In this document: positions 57,577 through 64,000 of the stretch, in pieces
Layout of the letters: every line of letters starts with the position of its first letter
Position numbering within the stretch: the first letter of the stretch is position 1
Assembly (NCBI GenBank): GCA_965223325.1
Contig: CBDCWI010000002.1
Location: forward strand, 128,001 to 192,000
From: Candidatus Multivoradales bacterium
GTDB taxonomy: Bacteria > Acidobacteriota > Thermoanaerobaculia > Multivoradales > Multivoraceae
Length of the DNA: 64,000 nt
Direction of reading: 5' to 3'
Translations under genes and position numbers: made by a program
The notes under the pieces: generated by a model
What the model was told of the DNA's origin: nothing
What the model saw: only the letters and a program-made list of their open reading frames with translations
Database searches by the model: none

Positions 57577-60084
57577 ATGGTGACGGCGTCTCGAAACACC
57601 GCTCCGATTGCCCAGGTCGCCGTACCGCTGCCGTTACCCACCGCGCTCAGCTATTTGGTTCCTCTGTCGTTGGCAGACCTCGCTGCGGTCGGCTGCCGAG
57701 TCAAGGTCCAGGTTGGGCGACGAAAGCTGACCGGGCTGGTGATGGCGCGCACTGCCGAGCGGCCCGCTGGCGTAGCACTCAGATCGCTCGACGCGGTAGT
57801 GGACATGTCGCCAGTGGTTACAACGGCGCAGCTCGAGCTGGCGACGTTCACTGCCGAGTACTACATGGCTCCAATCGGCGAAGTGGTGCGACTCCTGGTG
57901 CCCAACCATCTCGAGGCGTGGGGGACGCGACGGGTGCGTTTGACCAATGCTGGCGCCCTGGCGCGACCGCGCGATGCGTTCGAGACCTTTCTCCAGGAAC
58001 GTCTTCTCGCCGTCGGTAGCCTTGCTACCGCCGAGCTCCATCAACAGTGGGCCGAGTTCACGGCTTCGGCGCCCCTTCTCGTAGGCGCAGAAGGGAGTGA
58101 GAGCGACGACGTCCTGGAGCTCGACCTGTTGGATCGCCTGCGCGCCCTCGCCAGCGCCGGCAGGATCAGCCTTTCGGCATCGCGCCGCGCCGGCGCCGGA
58201 AGCGCGCGCTACGTGACGGCGATCGAACTTCCTCCCGGCGACCACGAGCAGCAGTTGGCGGCCTGTGGCCGTTCTCCCAAGGCGCGTGCGGTGGTCTCGC
58301 ACCTGGCGCGTGTCGGTCGCCCGGCGACTCAAGAGGAAGTCCTGGTAGCGGTCGGTTGCACCGCGGGCGTCATTCAGCGGTTGGTGAAGCTCGGCATTCT
58401 TCGGCGCTTCACGCAGGTCGAACGCATCGCCACGGACCGCCAGCTGCTGGCCGGGACAGCGCCGCAGCCGTTCGAGCTCCGCCCCGACCAGGCAGACGCC
58501 CTCGACGCCATCGAGGCCGCACTCGACCGTGGTAGGTGGCAGAGCTTTGTGTTGGCGGGTATGACCGGCTCGGGCAAGACCGAGGTCTACCTGCGGGCGG
58601 CCGAGCGGGTCCTCGATGAAGGCAAGAGCGTTCTCATCCTGGTGCCGGAGATCGGCCTGGTGCCGGCACTCGGCCGCGAGCTGCGCCGTCGTTTCGGGGA
58701 TCGCACAGCGATCCTGCACTCGGCGCTTGGCAAAGCCGAGCGTCAGTCGGAGTGGGAGCGTCTGCGGGCGGGTGAAGCGAGCGTCGTCTTGGGGCCGCGG
58801 TCGGCGGTGTTTGCGCCGCTCGAGAGGCTGGGCCTGGTGGTGGTCGACGAGGAGCATGACGGCGCCTACAAGCAGGAGAAGACGCCGCGCTACAACGGCC
58901 GCGACCTGGCGCTGGTGCGGGCGCGCAACGAGAACGCGGTCGCCCTTCTGGTCTCCGCGACCCCGAGCATGGAAACCAGGCAGAACGTCTTGCGGAAGCG
59001 CTACAAGCGCCTCGAGCTGACCGAGCGCGCGGGCGTTGGCCGCCTGCCCGACGGTGTTCTGGTCGATCTGCGAAAGGACCCTGACCGCCCGAAGCGGCCG
59101 GGCGAGGTTGCGTTCTCGGGAGTCCTCCGCGAGGGGGTCGCCAATGCGATCAGAGCCGGCGAACAGGTCATTCTGCTACGCAACCGCCGGGGCTACGCTC
59201 CGGTGCTGCTCTGCCGGGCGTGCGGGGAAGAGCACCGTTGCGAGGATTGTGGTTTGCCGCGTACGTTTCATCGGCGCCAAGCGGTTCTGGTGTGTCACTA
59301 CTGTGGCGCCCGGAGCCGTGCTCCAGAGCGCTGCGGCACCTGCCAGGCCAGGGCGCTCGAACCGATTGGCGCAGGCACCGAACGGGTCGAGGAGAACTTC
59401 AAGGAGCTGTTTCCGGAGGCCCGGGTAGCGGTGCTCGACCGCGATACCGCCCATCGCCGTGGGGGAGCCGCAGCGGTGCTCGAGGGCTTTGCCCGCGGGG
59501 AGAGCGACGTCTTGATCGGAACGCAGATGGTCGCTAAGGGGCATCACTTCCCGCGCGTTTCGTTGACCGCGGTGTTGTCGGCGGACTCGTATCTGGGTTT
59601 TCCCGACTTTCGAGCGGTCGAGAAGACCTATTCGCTCTTGACCCAGGTCGCGGGGCGCGCCGGGCGCGGCGAGCGTCCGGGCACGGTCATCATCCAGACG
59701 CTCAATCCCGAGCACTACGCGATTCAGGCCGCCCTCCACCAGGACGACGCTGGGTTTGCCGAGCACGAGCTCCGTCTGCGCCGCTTGTTTCACTACCCAC
59801 CGTTCTCGCGCATGGTCCAACTGGTGTTGCAGGACCGCCAGCGGGAACGCGGCGAAGCACGACTACGAGAGCTCGCCCGGCGCATCGAAGCTCATCCGCT
59901 GTCGGCCACCGCGCGGGTGCTCGGGCCGGCACCGGCGCCGCTCGAGAAACTGAAGGGCCGGTGGCGCTTTCAGCTGCTGATTCGCGGGCCGAGCATTCGT
60001 GACCTACAGACTCTCCTGCGCGCAGCGGTTTCTGATCCGCCGCCTGAGCTCACCATCGACGTCGATCCGTGGGACCTGCTGTAG
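57577..60084 (+). CDS. priA: Primosomal protein N'
   Basis: GMTGSGKTEVY, DEEHD, SATPS, four CxxC pairs, GTQMVAKGHHFP, QVAGRAGR. Confidence 0.97.
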   Translation: MVTASRNTAPIAQVAVPLPLPTALSYLVPLSLADLAAVGCRVKVQVGRRKLTGLVMARTAERPAGVALRSLDAVVDMSPVVTTAQLELATFTAEYYMAPIGEVVRLLVPNHLEAWGTRRVRLTNAGALARPRDAFETFLQERLLAVGSLATAELHQQWAEFTASAPLLVGAEGSESDDVLELDLLDRLRALASAGRISLSASRRAGAGSARYVTAIELPPGDHEQQLAACGRSPKARAVVSHLARVGRPATQEEVLVAVGCTAGVIQRLVKLGILRRFTQVERIATDRQLLAGTAPQPFELRPDQADALDAIEAALDRGRWQSFVLAGMTGSGKTEVYLRAAERVLDEGKSVLILVPEIGLVPALGRELRRRFGDRTAILHSALGKAERQSEWERLRAGEASVVLGPRSAVFAPLERLGLVVVDEEHDGAYKQEKTPRYNGRDLALVRARNENAVALLVSATPSMETRQNVLRKRYKRLELTERAGVGRLPDGVLVDLRKDPDRPKRPGEVAFSGVLREGVANAIRAGEQVILLRNRRGYAPVLLCRACGEEHRCEDCGLPRTFHRRQAVLVCHYCGARSRAPERCGTCQARALEPIGAGTERVEENFKELFPEARVAVLDRDTAHRRGGAAAVLEGFARGESDVLIGTQMVAKGHHFPRVSLTAVLSADSYLGFPDFRAVEKTYSLLTQVAGRAGRGERPGTVIIQTLNPEHYAIQAALHQDDAGFAEHELRLRRLFHYPPFSRMVQLVLQDRQRERGEARLRELARRIEAHPLSATARVLGPAPAPLEKLKGRWRFQLLIRGPSIRDLQTLLRAAVSDPPPELTIDVDPWDLL

Positions 60085-60113
60085 AAGGCTACGGCGCTGA
60101 TAGGGTCCCCTGC

Positions 60114-61079
60114 ATGTCAGATGTTGCGGTTGACGAATCCCAATTCGAAGCACCACTGATCGAGCTGCGACGTCAGATCGAAGAGCTCGAGGGCTATCCC
60201 GAAGGAGCCGGTCGACGGCGTGAGCTGGCGCGCCTCGAAAGGGAACTCCGCAAGCAGACGGCCGAGGTCTACGGTCGGCTGACCGCCTGGCAGACGACTC
60301 TGGTCGCCCGGAACGCCGAGCGCCCCTACGCCCTCGACTGGATCGGCATGTTGACCGAGGAGTTCGTCGAACTTCACGGAGACCGCTGTTTCGGTGATGA
60401 TCCGGCGATCGTCGGAGGACCGGCGCGTTATCGCGGGGAGCCAGTGATGGTGCTCGGGCACCAGAAAGGACGCGGTACCAAGGAGCGCATTCGGCGGAAC
60501 TTCGGACAGCCGAATCCCGAGGGCTACCGCAAGGCGTTGCGGCTGATGAAGCTTGCTGAGCGCTTCGCGATGCCGATTCTGACCTTCATCGATACCCCAG
60601 GCGCCTATCCGGGCCGCGGCGCCGAAGAGCGCGGCCAGGCCGAGGCGGTGGCGCGCAACCTCATCGAGATGGCGGCGCTCGAGGTTCCGATCGTATCGGT
60701 GGTGACCGGAGAGGGCGGCAGCGGCGGCGCTCTGGCACTGGGGGTCGCGAACCACGTCTACATGCTCGAACACTCGGTGTACTCGGTCATCTCCCCTGAG
60801 GGCTGTGCGGCGATTCTGTGGAAGGAACAGGAAGGCCGGTCGCTCGCGGCCGCTGCGATGAGAGTCACCGCCAACGAGCTCGATCAGCTCGGGCTCGTCG
60901 ACGGCGTCCTCGAGGAGCCAATCGGTGGCGCGCATCTCGATCCCGGCGCGGCGGCGCAGGAGATTGACAAGGCGATTGCCGATTCCTTGGCGACGCTCGG
61001 CAAACTGAGAGGTCCAGAGCTCGTCGAACAGCGCTACGAACGCTTCCGCGCACTCGGCGCTTACCGCGAGCTGCGCTAG
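60114..61079 (+). CDS. accA: Acetyl-CoA carboxylase carboxyltransferase alpha subunit
   Basis: ELHGDR, GHQKGR, PEGYRKALR, GEGGSGGALA, SVISPEGCAAILWK. Confidence 0.97.
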   Translation: MSDVAVDESQFEAPLIELRRQIEELEGYPEGAGRRRELARLERELRKQTAEVYGRLTAWQTTLVARNAERPYALDWIGMLTEEFVELHGDRCFGDDPAIVGGPARYRGEPVMVLGHQKGRGTKERIRRNFGQPNPEGYRKALRLMKLAERFAMPILTFIDTPGAYPGRGAEERGQAEAVARNLIEMAALEVPIVSVVTGEGGSGGALALGVANHVYMLEHSVYSVISPEGCAAILWKEQEGRSLAAAAMRVTANELDQLGLVDGVLEEPIGGAHLDPGAAAQEIDKAIADSLATLGKLRGPELVEQRYERFRALGAYRELR

Positions 61080-61105
61080 CAGACGAACCGCCCCCCTTTG
61101 AGCCA

Positions 61106-62836
61106 TTGACAGAATCCGCTTCCGCTAAACGGCAAGCGCACGAGCAAGTGGTCTGGCGGCCAGCGCCTGTCTTGCCCGCTGCTCAGGCGCTCATCGCGGC
61201 CGGCTACGCGGCCGATATCGCGGCGATGCTCGCCCGGCGTGACGTGACCACGCCCGAGGAAGCGCGAGCCTTCCTCGAACCGACGGCGGCGGATCTCCAT
61301 GATCCCTTTCTGCTCGCCGACATGGGTGCTGCCGTGGTGCGCCTTGCGGCCGCGATCACCAGTCACGAGACCGTTGCGGTGGTCGGCGACTACGACGTCG
61401 ACGGCGTGACTGCGGCCGCACTGCTCGGGGCCGTCTTCAGGGCGCATGGTCTTTCGGTGCTCACGATTCTGCCGCACCGGATGCGTGAGGGCTACGGTTT
61501 CAAGAAGGAGCATGTCGATCGAGCTCGTGCTGCTGGCGCCGGGTTGATCGTCACCGTCGACTGTGGGACTACGTCGGGAGCGGCGGTACAGCACGCACTC
61601 GACCAGGGCATTGAGGTCATTGTCACCGATCACCACGTTCCCGGGCCCGAGTTTCCAGCCCAGGCGATTCAGATCAACCCACAGAGACCCGACTGCGACT
61701 ATCCCTTCCCGCTGCTCGCTGGCGTTGGCCTGGCGCTCAAGCTTTCCCAGGCGCTGTGCGCGCACACCGGGCGCGAGGTCCCGCTGGCACCGATGCTGCG
61801 CATGGCGTGTCTCGGGACGGTGGCTGACGTTGTCCCTCTGGTCGGTGAGAACCGGGTGATCACGGCGCTCGGCCTGCGGGCGCTCGACCAGACCAAGTCG
61901 TTCGGCCTGCGGGCGCTCTACGAGGTGGCGGGAGTCAGGCCGCCACTCAAGAGCGCCGATATCGGTTTTCGCATCGGACCGCGCATCAACGCCGCCGGTC
62001 GTCTGGGAACCGCCGAGGCGGCGCTCGAACTGCTGGTGTCACGAGACGCCGACCAAGCGAAACGTCTGGCACAGACGCTCGAGGAACAGAACCGCCAGCG
62101 CCAGAGCGAGGAGCAGCTGGCCCTGGAAGAGGCCCGCCGGATGATCGAGGAGCGGATTGCGCAAGCAGGTTCCAAACCGGGCATTCTGGTCGCCTGGAGT
62201 GAGCGCTGGCATCGTGGGGTCGTGGGGATTGCGGCGGGTCGTCTGGCACGGGAGTTCCACCGTCCGGCGGTGTTGCTCGCCGTCGACGGGGCGTCGGCCA
62301 CCGGCTCGGGTCGGAGCATTCCCGACGCTTCGCTGTTTGACTTCCTGGTGCAGTGGCGGGAGTGCTACCAACGCTTTGGTGGTCACGAGGCGGCGGTCGG
62401 GATGACGGTTGCGACTGACGAGCTCGACGCCTTACGCGAACTCTGGGAGAAGGAAGCGGAGTGGCCGGCTCGGGTTCTCGAGCGCCGCTACGAGTATGAG
62501 TTCGAGCTCCTGCCCGGTGAGGTGACTCCCGAGCAGGTCGGCGAGCTCTCGGTTCTCGAGCCGCACGGCGCAGAAAACCGTCGACCGTTAGTGCGAGTCG
62601 GGCCGATGCAGGTGGTTCTCGGACCGCTTCTGTTTGGCAAACAGAAGCAGCACGTTCGCGCCCAGGTGACCGATCGAGATGGCGGTCGCCTGTGGCTACT
62701 CGGCTTTCACTGGGCACAACGCAGCGCCGAACTCGCGGGTGACGCCATCGAGGCACTGGGCTACGTCGGCTGGGATGACTACCGAGGTTGCCCACAGCTC
62801 GAGCTGGTCGATGTCCGGCCGGCGGAAGTCGGCTGA
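61106..62836 (+). CDS. recJ: ssDNA exonuclease RecJ
   Basis: GDYDVDG, TVDCG, TDHH, GTVADVVPL, PRINAAGR, GSGRS, FGGH. Confidence 0.96.
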   Translation: MTESASAKRQAHEQVVWRPAPVLPAAQALIAAGYAADIAAMLARRDVTTPEEARAFLEPTAADLHDPFLLADMGAAVVRLAAAITSHETVAVVGDYDVDGVTAAALLGAVFRAHGLSVLTILPHRMREGYGFKKEHVDRARAAGAGLIVTVDCGTTSGAAVQHALDQGIEVIVTDHHVPGPEFPAQAIQINPQRPDCDYPFPLLAGVGLALKLSQALCAHTGREVPLAPMLRMACLGTVADVVPLVGENRVITALGLRALDQTKSFGLRALYEVAGVRPPLKSADIGFRIGPRINAAGRLGTAEAALELLVSRDADQAKRLAQTLEEQNRQRQSEEQLALEEARRMIEERIAQAGSKPGILVAWSERWHRGVVGIAAGRLAREFHRPAVLLAVDGASATGSGRSIPDASLFDFLVQWRECYQRFGGHEAAVGMTVATDELDALRELWEKEAEWPARVLERRYEYEFELLPGEVTPEQVGELSVLEPHGAENRRPLVRVGPMQVVLGPLLFGKQKQHVRAQVTDRDGGRLWLLGFHWAQRSAELAGDAIEALGYVGWDDYRGCPQLELVDVRPAEVG

Positions 62837-62913
62837 GCGGTAGGCAGGACGACGAGGACCGCTCAACCGCCGCGGCCGACCGGCGGGCCGCTGGTCCCGT
62901 ATGATTCCGAGGT

Positions 62914-64000
62914 ATGCCCCCGAGTTCACGCCCAGCCAGGCTACGCGCAGTGCGCTTTGGCCTGCTCGCCTTTCTCATTCTGTCGATAGCCTCAATCGCC
63001 GGCCTGCTCTACTTTGGGCGCTCGGGAAGCGGTGCCCCGGGTGCGGCGACGACGGCGGGCCAGCCGACGCTCGACGAGGAGACCGTTCTGTCGTCGCAAG
63101 ATCTCGGGTACGAGGTCTATGCGGGCGATCGGTTGGCGTTTCGCATTCAGGCCAAGGAATCGAGAGCCGACCGGGACGGCAACTCCTACCTCGAAGACGT
63201 CGACATCGAGACCTTTCGGGGTGACACCAGCTATCGGATTCGAGGGCACAAGGCGCGCTACAACCCCGAGACCAATCAGGCGCTGATCGAAGGAGAGGTC
63301 CTCGTCAAGGGGCCAGACAACGTCACCATCGAAACCGACTGGCTCGACCTGCGCGACCGTGGCAACCTGTTGGTGGCGTCTAAAGGTACCCGCTTCCGCT
63401 CCGGCAACGAAATGCTCGGCACGGCGCGCAACTTGAGGATGTATATCCAGGAGGAGCGCCTGCTACTCGGCGGCGGAGTTCGAATGCGCTCAGGGCCGGG
63501 TGCCCTCTCCCCGTTCTCGTTGCGGGCTCGAAATATGCGCTACGACCGTGTCGACAGCTTCATTCGCGCCGAAGGAGAGGTGAAGCTCGAGCGCGGAGAA
63601 GACTCCCTCGAAGCGAAGCGCATCAACATTCGCCTGGACCCGTTGACCGACGCACCGTTGGCGGTGCGGGCGATGTGGAACGTGCGGGGGAGCGTTGCGG
63701 CAGAAGACGAGGATGGAGACCTCGGCCCGCAACGGGTGTCCTTCTCCGGTTGGAGCCTCGCGGCTGCTTTCGAGGAGGAGACTGAGCTGATCACCGACAT
63801 CCAACTGGATGGGCGCGATGGGCGAGAGGCGCGGATCGCGGCGCGCGATCAGGAGGGCAGCGTGCGCACGCTCGAGAGCATCGCGATCTCCGGAGTTTTC
63901 GATGGTGGCTTTCTCCAAGAGGCGACTGCCGACGGCAACGTGCGGCTGCTCAATGACGGAGTGGCCGGGGAGAGGTCAGCCAGCGCCGTCGCGCAAAAGG
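62914..64000 (+). CDS. LptC/LptA-like beta-jellyroll LPS export protein (3'-truncated by window)
   Basis: Not in the ORF track; open from ATG 62914 as far as I translated. MPPSSRPARLRAVRFGLLAFLILSIASIAGLLYF (TM), then beta-rich repeats (ARYNPETNQALIEGEVLV, ARNMRYDR..IRAEGEVKL). Confidence 0.75.
   Translation, partial: MPPSSRPARLRAVRFGLLAFLILSIASIAGLLYFGRSGSGAPGAATTAGQPTLDEETVLSSQDLGYEVYAGDRLAFRIQAKESRADRDGNSYLEDVDIETFRGDTSYRIRGHKARYNPETNQALIEGEVLVKGPDNVTIETDWLDLRDRGNLLVASKGTRFRSGNEMLGTARNLRMYIQEERLLLGGGVRMRSGPGALSPFSLRARNMRYDRVDSFIRAEGEVKLERGEDSLEAKRINIRLDPLTDAPLAVRAMWNVRGSVAAEDEDGDLGPQRVSFSGWSLAAAFEEETELITDIQLDGRDGREARIAARDQEGSVRTLESIAISGVFDGGFLQEATADGNVRLLNDGVAGERSASAVAQK

Overview
High-GC bacterial chromosomal segment (roughly two-thirds GC by eye). 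The gene content suggests Acidobacteriota, Thermoanaerobaculia-like; this is an inference. The backbone is mostly housekeeping: uvrC, rnpB, recG, scpA-scpB-rluB-cmk, ald, rluD-lspA, def, yraN, sseA-sufE, dnaB-alr, purC, pepA, carD, priA, accA, recJ, an lptC-like gene and 5 tRNAs. Signalling and secreted-protein genes are interspersed. I found no integrase, transposase, prophage or CRISPR array. The most notable items are: (1) a cluster of an FHA-pseudo-sigma54 activator, a 1395-aa orphan NtrY-type kinase, a DUF3142-like lipoprotein, an HEXXH membrane protein and a glutaminyl cyclase; (2) a soluble divergent class III nucleotide cyclase, with two cNMP-binding proteins elsewhere in the window; (3) two unrelated secreted proteins (a ~2600-aa M6 protease and a tandem laminin-B protein) sharing a C-terminal FxD(G/D)FExGDTxxW motif; (4) many apparently leaderless genes; (5) a GTAG-REP-like perfect palindrome, a long hairpin upstream of rnpB, and several short tandem-repeat arrays. 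All family assignments come from motif recognition by eye, without database searches. Several start codons were moved downstream of the ORF-track starts.
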